Below, piece by piece: positions 7,886 to 17,125 of a stretch of DNA of 37,176 nucleotides. The position numbers and the translations under genes were made by a program. Source of the DNA: an uncultured Synechococcus sp. (lineage in GTDB: Bacteria > Cyanobacteriota > Cyanobacteriia > PCC-6307 > Cyanobiaceae); assembly GCA_937975655.1 (NCBI GenBank), contig CALJTZ010000423.1, forward strand, positions 1 through 37,176, given 5' to 3'. Within the stretch, counting starts at the first letter, position 1, and each line of letters opens with the position of its first letter. The notes below the pieces were generated by a model, which saw only the letters and a list, made by a program, of their open reading frames with translations, did not search any database and was not told the origin of the DNA.

Positions 7886-8046
7886 TGGCTGACCTCTCCC
7901 CCGCCGCGCAGGCTGTGTTTCGTGCTGCTATCTCTTCTGATAGCCGTGGCGGCATTGCCGCCGCCGCCCTCCGCGCTGCTGCGGTGTACTGCAAGCGCGA
8001 CAGGTTGCAGCTCCTCGCCATCGCCGACGAGCTGGAGGGCCAATGA
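7885..8046 (+). CDS. Hypothetical protein, 53 aa
   Basis: TGATG and ATGA coupling, AGGAGG RBS; MADLSPAAQAV...LLAIADELEGQ. Confidence 0.7.
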   Translation: MADLSPAAQAVFRAAISSDSRGGIAAAALRAAAVYCKRDRLQLLAIADELEGQ

Positions 8047-8222
8047 CCACACACCGCCACGAAACCCAGTCCTGCCGTCTCGTCTCCATCACCGGCCTCT
8101 ACTACACCCCCAAAGGCACCTTTTCCCCCGACCCAGCCCACGCACTCACCACGGACCGCTGGCTCCTTGAACGCCATGCCGCCAAACTGAATACCTCGAC
8201 CGTGATCATCCGCGCCAAATGA
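8043..8222 (+). CDS. Hypothetical protein, 59 aa
   Basis: ATGA overlaps at both ends. Confidence 0.6.
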   Translation: MTTHRHETQSCRLVSITGLYYTPKGTFSPDPAHALTTDRWLLERHAAKLNTSTVIIRAK

Positions 8223-8641
8223 TCACCTTCACCGTTGCCGGAATGCCCCCGCAACCCCAAGGCAGCAAACGCCACGTGGGCAAAGGCGTGATGATCGAAT
8301 CCTGCAAAAACGTCAAGCCCTGGCGCTACCTCGTACAGCAGGCTGCCGCCGCCACCGATCACCCCACCATCAACGGCCCCGTCTCCCTCTCCATCGTCTT
8401 CATCTTCCCCAGGCCTAAGTCCCACTTCAACGCCAAAGGCACCCTCAAACCCTCCGCACCAACCTTCCACAGCGTCAAGCCCGATGGCTCGAAATGCCTC
8501 CGCTCTACTGAAGATGCTCTCGTGGATAGCGGCATCCTTCAGGATGATGCACGCATTGCTATCTCGTCGCACACCAAGCGCTACGCCACCGGCAACGAGC
8601 GCCCCGGTGCTCTCATCACCATCATCCCCTTGGCAACCTAG
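8219..8641 (+). CDS. rusA: RusA-family Holliday junction resolvase
   Basis: PQPQGSKR, FIFPRPKSH, KPDGSKCLRSTEDAL, ILQDDARI. Confidence 0.9.
   Translation: MITFTVAGMPPQPQGSKRHVGKGVMIESCKNVKPWRYLVQQAAAATDHPTINGPVSLSIVFIFPRPKSHFNAKGTLKPSAPTFHSVKPDGSKCLRSTEDALVDSGILQDDARIAISSHTKRYATGNERPGALITIIPLAT
8631..8640 (+). promoter_or_regulatory. First copy of the putative late-promoter motif (TGGCAACCTA)
   Basis: 20 nt upstream of ATG 8661, at the early/late boundary; one of 14 copies. Confidence 0.6.
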
Positions 8642-8660
8642 CCCTAACAGCAGCCTCACC

Positions 8661-8978
8661 ATGGCTGAACCCTGGTCCGTCGTCGCTGAACACCCCGCCA
8701 CCGGCGATCCCTTCGGGCTCGTCATCGAAGACGAGTCCACCTTCGCAGAAGCTGAATACATCGCCCGTCAGATCCTCGGCACCTTCCGCCTCACTGGGCA
8801 CTTCCTCCCCACCGCACCAGTCCCCACCACCGAAGGCCACCACCTCTTCCTCTACTACCTCCAGCCCAACGACACCCCACACCTCGCCACGATCTGGGCA
8901 GACTCCTTTGCTGATGCTGAGCTGCGCCTCAACATCCTCGCCGCAGACGGCATCCTCTTTATGCCCTCCCCCGGTTAA
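8661..8978 (+). CDS. Hypothetical protein
   Basis: ATG 8661, MAEPWSVVAEHP... Confidence 0.7.
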   Translation: MAEPWSVVAEHPATGDPFGLVIEDESTFAEAEYIARQILGTFRLTGHFLPTAPVPTTEGHHLFLYYLQPNDTPHLATIWADSFADAELRLNILAADGILFMPSPG

Positions 8979-8987
8979 ACTCCGGCC

Positions 8988-9311
8988 ATGGCAAAGAAGG
9001 GCACCAACGTAGAAATTGATGAACGGGTCAATACCGTTTATGACCTGTTACTTCGCGCACACAGCAGACACCAGATTGTTCAGCACGCCGCAAATGCCTG
9101 GCAAGTCTCCCCGCGCCAAGCAGACGACTACATCGCCAGAGCACGTCAACTACTGCAGCTAGACGCTGAACTGGAGCGCCCCCAGTGGCTGGCTGCTGCA
9201 ATCGCTCGGCTCTACGACTACGAGCGCCGTGCCTCGGAATCGAACCAGCTCGGCATCGCACTGAAGGCCCTGGAAGACCAGGCCAAGCTCCTGCGCTTTG
9301 AAATGTCATGA
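8988..9311 (+). CDS. Putative terminase small subunit
   Basis: HTH-like N-terminus and helical C-terminus, upstream of TerL. Confidence 0.6.
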   Translation: MAKKGTNVEIDERVNTVYDLLLRAHSRHQIVQHAANAWQVSPRQADDYIARARQLLQLDAELERPQWLAAAIARLYDYERRASESNQLGIALKALEDQAKLLRFEMS

Positions 9312-9811
9312 CCTGGGACCAACGTGAATACAGCCGGAGAAGGCGAGCCGAGTCCAAGGCCAAAGGGCTTTGCGTGAAATGCCATCAACGTCCAGCACTG
9401 ATCAAGCGGACGCAATGCCATCGTTGCCAGATGGGCAGCCTTATCAGGGAGGCGATGAAGTACGACCGTGCAAAGGCCGCCTCTGGCTCAACAAAGGCTC
9501 GTGGCACCTGCTACGTGGCTCAGTTCAGTCAAGAGATCAGGAAAGACTGGGTTGAGCAGGTCATTGGAAGGTGGAATGGTCTATGCAGCTACACCGGCTT
9601 GGCTATTGAGATTGGATCGACGGCCTCCCTGGATCACGTATTGCCCATATCACGGGCTGCAGTATTTGGGCCTAGCAAGGTGTATCACCCTGATAATCTC
9701 GTCTGGTGCCACAAAAGCATTAATATCCTCAAAGGCGACATGACTGCTGAGGAGTTCAAGTTATGGCTCACGAATGAGCTTGTGCCGTCTGTTGCGGGAT
9801 TGACTGCGTGA
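9308..9811 (+). CDS. HNH endonuclease with N-terminal CxxC pairs
   Basis: CVKC/CHRC, CSYTG, SLDHVLP, NLVWCHKSINILKG; visibly lower GC. Confidence 0.85.
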   Translation: MTWDQREYSRRRRAESKAKGLCVKCHQRPALIKRTQCHRCQMGSLIREAMKYDRAKAASGSTKARGTCYVAQFSQEIRKDWVEQVIGRWNGLCSYTGLAIEIGSTASLDHVLPISRAAVFGPSKVYHPDNLVWCHKSINILKGDMTAEEFKLWLTNELVPSVAGLTA

Positions 9812-11136
9812 GCTTGCTCACGGGCATCTGTGAGCCTGCGCCCTTGCTCGGCTTTCTGGCCCCGCAGGATCAATCAGGCCGTCTAGATGCGCTGCAACAG
9901 GAGCTGTACGAGTCCCTCACCGGCCCGCAGCGCACCGTCTACGACGCTTCCACGCGCTTCACCTACCTCTGCTCAGGTCGTCGTTTCGGCAAGACCTACC
10001 TATCCCTGGCCCGCCTGATCAACTGGGGCCTAGAGCGCCCTGGCGGCATGTTCTACTACGTGGCCCCCACCTACCGGATGGCCAAGCAAATCGCCTGGGT
10101 GCAGCTCAAGCAGATGATCCCGCCTGAGGTGTTCGACCGGAAGAACGAAACCGAACTCTCGGTCCACCTGGCCAACGGCAGCACCATCTACCTCAAGGGC
10201 GCAGAAGACCCAGACCGGCTCAGGGGCGTCAGCCTCTCAGGCTGTGTCATCGATGAGGCCGCCTACGTCCGCGAAGACGCCTGGACCATGGTGCTTCGCC
10301 CTGCACTCTCCGATCAGCGCGGGCCCGCTTGGTTCACCACCACACCCGCCGGCCTGAACTGGTTTGCAGAAGCCTGGGATGCAGCCGACGAAGACCCCGA
10401 CGCCTCTACCTTCACCTTCAACACCCTGGAAGGTGGCCAGGTCAGCGCTGAGGAGGTTGACGCTGCACGCCGCACCCTCGACCCGCGCACCTTCTCTCAG
10501 GAATACGAGGCCAGCTTCGTCAACCTCGTTGGCCGGGTTGTGCCTGACTTCAACGATGAGAACATCCGCGACGACCTGGAAGACCTCGGCGGTGAGCTAA
10601 TCGTCTGCGCCGACTTCAACGTGTCCCCCATGCACTGGATCATCGGCCAGAAGGTCGGCAACCAGCTGCACTGCTTTGACGAGATCCACATCCGCGAAAC
10701 CCACACCGACGAGGCCGCCTCAGAGCTGCTGCGCCGCTACCCCGACCGCACCATCCGCGTCTACCCCGACCCCACCGGCCATGCCCGCAAGACCTCGGCA
10801 GGCGGCAAGACCGACCATGGCATCCTCCGCAGCCGTGGCCTCTGGGTATCGGAGAACAAGCGCCCTTACATGCAGGACGACAAGCGCAACGCCATCAACT
10901 CAATGGTCTGCGATGCCAACGGCAACCGCCGCCTGTTCATTCATTCCCGCTGTAAGCAGACGATCAAGAGCCTGCGCAACCTGACCTTTAAGGAGGGCAC
11001 CAACATGCCCGACAAGGATGGCGGCTGGGATCACGGCTGGGATGCCTTGTCCTATGGCGTGATCGGTGTGTTTGACCCGGTGCATCCCTGGAAGAGCACA
11101 ACAGGCAAGGCGGTGCGTGGGGTGCGCCTCTACTGA
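9808..11136 (+). CDS. terL: Terminase large subunit
   Basis: Walker A GRRFGKT, YVAPTY, Walker B IDEAA, nuclease ADFN and DHGWDAL. Confidence 0.97.
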   Translation: MSLLTGICEPAPLLGFLAPQDQSGRLDALQQELYESLTGPQRTVYDASTRFTYLCSGRRFGKTYLSLARLINWGLERPGGMFYYVAPTYRMAKQIAWVQLKQMIPPEVFDRKNETELSVHLANGSTIYLKGAEDPDRLRGVSLSGCVIDEAAYVREDAWTMVLRPALSDQRGPAWFTTTPAGLNWFAEAWDAADEDPDASTFTFNTLEGGQVSAEEVDAARRTLDPRTFSQEYEASFVNLVGRVVPDFNDENIRDDLEDLGGELIVCADFNVSPMHWIIGQKVGNQLHCFDEIHIRETHTDEAASELLRRYPDRTIRVYPDPTGHARKTSAGGKTDHGILRSRGLWVSENKRPYMQDDKRNAINSMVCDANGNRRLFIHSRCKQTIKSLRNLTFKEGTNMPDKDGGWDHGWDALSYGVIGVFDPVHPWKSTTGKAVRGVRLY

Positions 11137-11169
11137 CGCCGGAAAACTATCTGTAGAGACTTCCTTGGC

Positions 11170-11595
11170 ATGGCACGGTCCTACAAGCGCGACAAGATCG
11201 GTCGTTTTTCTGGTGGTGGTGGTTCATCAGCACCTGGTGGCACCATCGCTAAAGGGGGCAATGGCGTGCGCGGGTCTGTTGCCCGATCAACCGCAGCGCT
11301 AGGCAAGGCGGCACCTAGCGCAGCAGGGCAAAAGCCAAGGCTTCAGGTCAAGAAGGGCGCCAAGCTCGTGATGAAGGAAGGAATCAACAGCCCTTCTGGC
11401 AAGGCCCGTGCCGGCTTGCTTAAGGCTGAATCTGCAGAGCGCAAGGCCAGCAAGCAGGTGAGCGCTGCCAAGAAGGCCGGCAAGAGCCCGGCAGCACAGG
11501 CCAAGCAGCGCACTGCCTTCGATGCGCTTCAAAAGGCACAAAAGGCCAAGGTCAAGGCTGTTGATGCCTTGGTTAAAGCCACTCGTCGCCGCTGA
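11170..11595 (+). CDS. Highly basic Lys/Ala-rich protein
   Basis: MARSYKRDKIGRF start; preceded by motif copy CGGAAAACTA (11140). Confidence 0.7.
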   Translation: MARSYKRDKIGRFSGGGGSSAPGGTIAKGGNGVRGSVARSTAALGKAAPSAAGQKPRLQVKKGAKLVMKEGINSPSGKARAGLLKAESAERKASKQVSAAKKAGKSPAAQAKQRTAFDALQKAQKAKVKAVDALVKATRRR

Positions 11596-11614
11596 TTCCT
11601 GAGCTGACTCTCCT

Positions 11615-13084
11615 GTGCATAACCTCGCTGCCACCACTAATCTGAGCCTGGCCCTGACCACCCTCAGGGATCTGCAGGTTCATGACCCAGGGATTGCCTG
11701 GCAGCGCATGGAACCGCGCTGGCGACTCATTGAACAGCTCTCCCTCGGCACCCTTGGGATGCAGGCGGCCGGCAAGCGCTACCTGCCCCAAGAGCCCAAC
11801 GAAGACGACGAGAGCTACAAGGCCCGCCTAGAACGCACCGTCTGCCCGCCGTACTTCCTGCGCCTAGAGCAGATGCTGGCCGGGATGCTGTGCCGCAAGC
11901 CGGTACGGCTCGATAACGTCCCTGACCCGATCCAAGAGCAGCTCTACGACGTAGACCTTTCCGGCTCTGATCTGAATGTGTACCTGCAGGAGCTGGCCCG
12001 CAAGGCCATCCGCTATGGGCACGTGGGCGTGCTGGTGGACTTCCCCCGTGGCGACGAGGGTGATGACACTCCGGTGCAAAGCTTTGAGCGCCCCTACTGG
12101 GTCAGCTACACCCCTCGGGACATCCTCGGCTGGCGCACCGACGTGGTGAACGGCAGTCAGAAACTGACGCAGCTGCGCCTCCACGAGCAGGTGGTGGTGC
12201 CTTTCGGCGACTTCGGCGAGGAACTCGTCGAGCAGGTCCGCGTCCTAGAGCCCGGCGCCTTCCGCCTCTATCGCAAGCAGGCCTCCAAAAACCGCGACTG
12301 GGAACTGATCAGCGAGGGCACCACCACCCTCGACGAGATCCCCTTTGCGGTGGCCTATGCCAACCGCACCGGCATCCTCGAATCCACCCCGCCCCTAGAG
12401 GAGGTGGCCTGGCTGAACCTCAAGGCCTTCCGCTGTGAATCCGATCAGGCCAACATCCTTCACGTCGCCGCTGTCCCCCGGTACAACCTCTTTGGGGTGC
12501 CTGCCGAGGTAGACGAGCTGGACGCTGGCCCCAGCTCGGCCATGGCGTTCCCTGTGGATGCCCGCGCCGAGTTCGCTGAGCCCACCGGCACCAGCTACCA
12601 AGCCCGCTTCACCGAGCTGGACCGCATTGAGAAGCAGATCGCCGAGCTGGGCCTAGCTGCTGTGCTGGGGCAGAACATGACCAACCAAGCGGCTGAATCC
12701 AAGTCCATCGACCGCAGCCAAGGTGATGCCGCCCTGCAGGCTGTCGCCATTGGCCTGCAGAACCTCGTGGATTCCTGCCTGCAGTTCCATGCCAAGTTCC
12801 TCAACCTGCCCACCGCTGGCAGCAGCGCAGTGAACCGCGACTTTGTGAGCCAGCGGCTAGAGCCCGCCGAAGTGCAGCAGCTGATCCAGCTGCGATTGAA
12901 CCATGAGATCACCCAAGAGACCCTGCTACTGCGGCTGGCCGAAGGCGAATGGCTAGGTGGTGATTTTGATGTGGATGCCGAGCTGGAATCCACCGCTGCA
13001 CAACAGGCCTCAAGGTTGGATGCGCAGGAGCAACAGCTGCAAAGCAACCTGCAGCAGCTGCCGACTACCCCAGCGGCAACCTAA
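11615..13084 (+). CDS. Portal protein (DUF4055-like)
   Basis: YLPQEPNE..SYKARL, GHVGVLVDFP; size and position after TerL. Confidence 0.9.
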   Translation: MHNLAATTNLSLALTTLRDLQVHDPGIAWQRMEPRWRLIEQLSLGTLGMQAAGKRYLPQEPNEDDESYKARLERTVCPPYFLRLEQMLAGMLCRKPVRLDNVPDPIQEQLYDVDLSGSDLNVYLQELARKAIRYGHVGVLVDFPRGDEGDDTPVQSFERPYWVSYTPRDILGWRTDVVNGSQKLTQLRLHEQVVVPFGDFGEELVEQVRVLEPGAFRLYRKQASKNRDWELISEGTTTLDEIPFAVAYANRTGILESTPPLEEVAWLNLKAFRCESDQANILHVAAVPRYNLFGVPAEVDELDAGPSSAMAFPVDARAEFAEPTGTSYQARFTELDRIEKQIAELGLAAVLGQNMTNQAAESKSIDRSQGDAALQAVAIGLQNLVDSCLQFHAKFLNLPTAGSSAVNRDFVSQRLEPAEVQQLIQLRLNHEITQETLLLRLAEGEWLGGDFDVDAELESTAAQQASRLDAQEQQLQSNLQQLPTTPAAT

Positions 13085-13111
13085 CCGGCACTCTCGACCC
13101 TGTGGGTCTAC

Positions 13112-13798
13112 ATGCCCGACAACGACAACGCTCCTGTGGAGCAGTCTTCATCCGCTCCCAATCTCTCCGCCCTAGAAGCAGAGATTGAAGCCCTGCGCCG
13201 TAAGAACACCGAGCTGCTCGACGAGAAGAAAAAGCTCGCCAAGAAGGTGCCTGAGCTGCCCGATGGCATCAACGTGCAGGAGCTTCTCGACTTCAAGCAA
13301 CGCGCCGAGCAGGCTGAGCTAGAGCAAAAGGGCAACTACTCCGAAGCTCGCCAGAAGCTAGAAGCCCAGTTTCGTGACCGTGAAGGCCAGCTGCAGGCCC
13401 GCATCACCGAGCTGGAATCGGAGAACCGCGAACTCAAGCTGATCGGCCCTGCTGTTGCGGCCCTGGCCGATACCGTCCACGACCCGGATGAAGTGATCCG
13501 CCTGCGCCTCAAGCCCGAGCAGATTGAACGCGACGCGGACGGCACCGTGGTGGTCGTTGATGGCTACCAGCGCACACCCATCCATGACTGGGCTAAGTCC
13601 AGCCTGCCCCAGTACCGCCTCAAAGCACCCAAGCCCCAAGGCACTGGCGCCCCTGTAGGCCGCGCAGCTTCCGGTGAGCTACCTGCCGGCACCAAGAATC
13701 CCTTTGCCGCTGAGTCCTACAACCTCACCGAGCAAGCACGCATCTACAAAACCGACCCTGAGCTGTTTGCACGCCTGAAAGCTGCAGCCGGTAAGTAA
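13112..13798 (+). CDS. Capsid scaffolding protein
   Basis: Coiled coil, KNTELLDEKK, C-terminal NPF...NLTEQARI; directly upstream of the MCP. Confidence 0.85.
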   Translation: MPDNDNAPVEQSSSAPNLSALEAEIEALRRKNTELLDEKKKLAKKVPELPDGINVQELLDFKQRAEQAELEQKGNYSEARQKLEAQFRDREGQLQARITELESENRELKLIGPAVAALADTVHDPDEVIRLRLKPEQIERDADGTVVVVDGYQRTPIHDWAKSSLPQYRLKAPKPQGTGAPVGRAASGELPAGTKNPFAAESYNLTEQARIYKTDPELFARLKAAAGK

Positions 13799-13895
13799 CC
13801 ACTCGCGGCATACTTACAAGCAAGAGGGAAGGCTGTGCCGTCCCTGAGGCTTGTGGCCAACAACAGCAAACCCTTCCTCTGTAGGAGTTAAACCC

Positions 13896-14948
13896 ATGGC
13901 TGCCACTGTGCGGTCCGATGTGGTCATTCCCGAGATTTTTACCCCCTATCTCGAAGAAGCCACCACTCTGCGTAATGCCTTCATCGCTTCTGGCGTGGTG
14001 CAGCCCTTCGCTGCCCTCAACGCCACTGAAGGCGGTGATTACGTCAATGTCCCCTTCTGGTCCGCCAACCTGTCCGGCGATGCCGAGGTGCTGAGCGACT
14101 CCGGTTCGCTCACCCCTGGCAACATCACCGCCGACAAGCAGCGTGGTGTGATCCTGCATCGCGGCCGTGCCTGGGGCGTTCGGGAACTCGCCAAGCTCGC
14201 CGCTGGTGATGACCCCATGGGCGCCATCGGCAACAAGGTGGCCTCCTATGTCGCCTTCCAGCAGCAAAAGGATCTGCTGGCCAGCCTGGCCGGCATCTTC
14301 GGTGCGGTTGGCTCTAGCAACAGCAGCGCTTCCTTCGCTGGTCTGACCTTTGACGCTGGTGGTTCGGGTGAAACCGCCCTGTCCCCCCGTCACGTGGCCA
14401 AGGCTCGTGCGCTGCTGGGCGATCAGGGCGACAAGCTCTCGGTGATCTGCCTGCACTCGGCTGTCTACTACGACCTCGTAGAGCGCCGCGCCATCGACTA
14501 CGTGAGCGCCACTGAAGCCCGCGCCACTGCGGCTGCTTCCAACGCCGCAACCCCCGATGTCTTCGCCGGCAGCGTGGCTGGTGCTTACACCGCCGATGGC
14601 AGCGTGCCCTTCTACATGGGGATGCGCGTGATCGTCTCTGACGATGTGCAGACCAGCGGTACCGGCTCTTCCAAGAAGTACGCCACCTATTTCTTCACCC
14701 CCGGCGCTGTTGCCTCTGGCGAGCAGCAGGGTCTGAAGACCGAAGTGGACCGCGACATCCTGGCCCTAGCCGACTACATGGCCGTGTCTTGGCACAACTG
14801 CTTCCACCCCATCGGTGCGCAGTACCAGACCGCTGGTGGTGCTAACCCCAGCCAGGCCACCCTGGCCACCATCGCCAACTGGACCAAGGTGTACGACACC
14901 AAGAACATTGGCATCGTGCGCGGCACAGTTACCTCCAACTTCGACTGA
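13896..14948 (+). CDS. Major capsid protein
   Basis: AGGAG RBS and ATG 13896; SDVVIPEIFTPY, VPFW, DPMGAIG, ANWTKVYDTKNIGIV. Confidence 0.93.
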   Translation: MAATVRSDVVIPEIFTPYLEEATTLRNAFIASGVVQPFAALNATEGGDYVNVPFWSANLSGDAEVLSDSGSLTPGNITADKQRGVILHRGRAWGVRELAKLAAGDDPMGAIGNKVASYVAFQQQKDLLASLAGIFGAVGSSNSSASFAGLTFDAGGSGETALSPRHVAKARALLGDQGDKLSVICLHSAVYYDLVERRAIDYVSATEARATAAASNAATPDVFAGSVAGAYTADGSVPFYMGMRVIVSDDVQTSGTGSSKKYATYFFTPGAVASGEQQGLKTEVDRDILALADYMAVSWHNCFHPIGAQYQTAGGANPSQATLATIANWTKVYDTKNIGIVRGTVTSNFD

Positions 14949-14957
14949 GGTTGAACC

Positions 14958-15128
14958 ATGGGACTGACCAGTTTCAATCTGGTCCGTCGTGAGGAAGAGG
15001 CTGCTGCTTCGGCGGCGGCCTCTCTTTCTACGGAGCCAGAACAACAGGCCTGCAGCGTGTCTGCGCCTGACCTGAAAAAGGGCCGTAAGAAGACCGGCAA
15101 CCTACCTACAGCGGAGGCTGAGGGCTGA
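14958..15128 (+). CDS. Hypothetical protein, 56 aa
   Basis: GAGG RBS, TGATG coupling; MGLTSFNLVRREEE... Confidence 0.65.
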   Translation: MGLTSFNLVRREEEAAASAAASLSTEPEQQACSVSAPDLKKGRKKTGNLPTAEAEG

Positions 15129-15385
15129 TGGCTGTCTTCCCGGCAACAGAGCAAGCCGGCACCGTGTCTGGTGCAGGGTTTGAGCTGATCACTGACACGG
15201 CTGCCCACACCGGCCGCTTCTTTCGGCTTTATGCCCTGGAAGCTTCGGTGATTAGTGCCGCCACGGTGCAAAACGGCAGTGGCAACACCTTTGCTGCTGT
15301 GCCTTTGCCTGCTGGTGGCTCCATTGATGGTGTGTTCACCTCGGTGACACTCACCAGTGGCAAGGTCGTGGCATACAAGGTCTGA
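15128..15385 (+). CDS. Small virion protein (decoration-like)
   Basis: Beta-rich 85 aa ORF in the head module. Confidence 0.65.
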   Translation: MAVFPATEQAGTVSGAGFELITDTAAHTGRFFRLYALEASVISAATVQNGSGNTFAAVPLPAGGSIDGVFTSVTLTSGKVVAYKV

Positions 15386-15522
15386 TGGCTGTTAAGGCCA
15401 AGGCGGGGCTCAGCACCCGCCTTTTCAAGCAATCACCCCCCAAGCGCACCCGCCAGGGTCAAGGTCAGCACAGCCGCCCGAAGCCTGGCCGCAAGCTGAG
15501 CCGAGGCCAAGGCCGTGGCTGA
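15385..15522 (+). CDS. 45-aa Arg/Lys/Gly-rich peptide
   Basis: TGATG coupling; PKRTRQGQGQHSRPKPGRKLSRGQGRG, no acidic residue. Confidence 0.7.
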   Translation: MAVKAKAGLSTRLFKQSPPKRTRQGQGQHSRPKPGRKLSRGQGRG

Positions 15523-16528
15523 TCTCTCTCAGCAGATTGAGGCATTCCTGCGCAATGCCCTCAAGGAAAAGCAGCTGGAAGACCGCCTGATCCGTCAGGC
15601 CCTGCGCGACCTGCGCACCACGCTGGCCGCTGTGGAGCGGGTCGTGGGGCAGTCCGGTGTGTTGGCCGTGGGCCCCAACCGCGAGCGCACCATTCAGTCC
15701 ATCACCGCAGCGGTGGCCAAGAGCGTGCAGGACAGCTTTGGTGTCCCCCAGCTGGCCGCCATGCAGGAAGCCCTGGCCCCGTTTGTGGAGCAGCAGCTGA
15801 CCTTTGCGCGGCGCATGGTCACCATGGCCGGTGGCAATCTGAGCGCCCCTGTGGGGGTGGCGGTCAATGCTGCCCAGGTGCAGGGCATCGTCAATGCAGC
15901 GGTGGTGGGCGGTAAGACCCTGAGCACCCAGCTGACCCAGACGCTGCCGGCCACGGTGGCAGACCGGGTGGAGCGCTTCATTCGCCTCGGCCTGTCGGAT
16001 CTGGGCGGCGAGGTGTTTGCCACCTATGAGGATGCGGTGGTGCGCACCACGGCCAACAACGTCGAGGCGATCATCCGCACCGGTGTGCATGAGGTGGGCA
16101 ATGCTGCCCAGCAGGCCATCTATGAGTTTGAGGCCGACCCCGACTGGCTGGGTGCCGATGGACTGGTCTGGACGGCCACGCTCGATTCAGCGGTCTGCCC
16201 GATCTGCCTGAAGCTGGACGGCAAGCGCTTTCCCACCGACTACCGCAAGGTTTCACCCCATCCGAATTGCCGCTGTTACCTCGTGCCGTGGAAATGGCGC
16301 AACGAGGATATGACCGATCCCTCTGGGCGATCCGTGGCCCCGAAGCGGCCTGCCGAGGGTGATGGCGATCAAGAAGCCCTGGACTTCAAGGTGGCCGCCA
16401 AGCGCTGGGTGGTGGATAACCCCGCCACAGCCCAATCCATCTTTGGCAAGAAGCTTGGCCAGCGGCTTGTGGACGGTGAGATCGGCTTCGATAAGGCCGT
16501 CAAGCTCTGGCAATCACCCAAGACCTAG
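15515..16528 (+). CDS. Head morphogenesis protein (SPP1 gp7/MuF family)
   Basis: WTATLDSAVCPICLKLDGK...PHPNCRC. Confidence 0.9.
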   Translation: MADLSQQIEAFLRNALKEKQLEDRLIRQALRDLRTTLAAVERVVGQSGVLAVGPNRERTIQSITAAVAKSVQDSFGVPQLAAMQEALAPFVEQQLTFARRMVTMAGGNLSAPVGVAVNAAQVQGIVNAAVVGGKTLSTQLTQTLPATVADRVERFIRLGLSDLGGEVFATYEDAVVRTTANNVEAIIRTGVHEVGNAAQQAIYEFEADPDWLGADGLVWTATLDSAVCPICLKLDGKRFPTDYRKVSPHPNCRCYLVPWKWRNEDMTDPSGRSVAPKRPAEGDGDQEALDFKVAAKRWVVDNPATAQSIFGKKLGQRLVDGEIGFDKAVKLWQSPKT

Positions 16529-16530
16529 GC

Positions 16531-16540
16531 CGGCAACTTA
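16531..16540 (+). promoter_or_regulatory. Putative late-promoter motif CGGCAACTTA
   Basis: Exact copies at 16531, 17706, 19125 and 30371, all intergenic and upstream of virion genes. Confidence 0.7.
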
Positions 16541-16559
16541 AGGGCAAGAGTGCCTTGCC

Positions 16560-17117
16560 ATGCCCGTCACCGTTGTTGCTACCGCTGGCGCCAGCAATGC
16601 CAACAGCTACCTGTCGGTGGCAGCTGCAGACGATCTCGCCAACCTGTACCTCGGCACCCTGAGCTGGGCATCGGCCTCAACGGATAACAAGGGCCGGGCC
16701 TTGATCATGGCCACCCGCTATCTCGACGAGCTGGCCTATGTCGGCACCAAGGCCTCCAGCACGCAAAGCCTGCTCTGGCCCCGCAGTGAGGCGGAATGCG
16801 GTGATTGGACCTTCACTAGCAGCGAAATCCCGCAGCCGATCAAGCAGGCCACCTTTGATCTGGCCGAGGCCCTGCTGGCGGACAGCACCGCCCTGGCCGG
16901 CAACGGCAGCGGTAGTGCCGAGCTGATTCCTGGCATCCCCAACGCCAACCTCAAGCGGGCCAGCGTCGATGTGATCAGCGTGGAGTTCAACAGCACCCAG
17001 CAGGCCGAAAGCAAAAACGCCCTCAACGTGGTGCCGCACCTCGCGCAGGTGCTCGGTTGTTTGTGCCTATCCACCGCAGCATCCGCCTACGGAATGCTTC
17101 GGGTGCAGCGAAGTTAA
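16560..17117 (+). CDS. Head-tail adaptor/connector
   Basis: ANSYLSVAAAD, ALIMATRYLD, QSLLWPR, IPQPIKQAT. Confidence 0.8.
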   Translation: MPVTVVATAGASNANSYLSVAAADDLANLYLGTLSWASASTDNKGRALIMATRYLDELAYVGTKASSTQSLLWPRSEAECGDWTFTSSEIPQPIKQATFDLAEALLADSTALAGNGSGSAELIPGIPNANLKRASVDVISVEFNSTQQAESKNALNVVPHLAQVLGCLCLSTAASAYGMLRVQRS

Positions 17118-17125
17118 AATACAGA

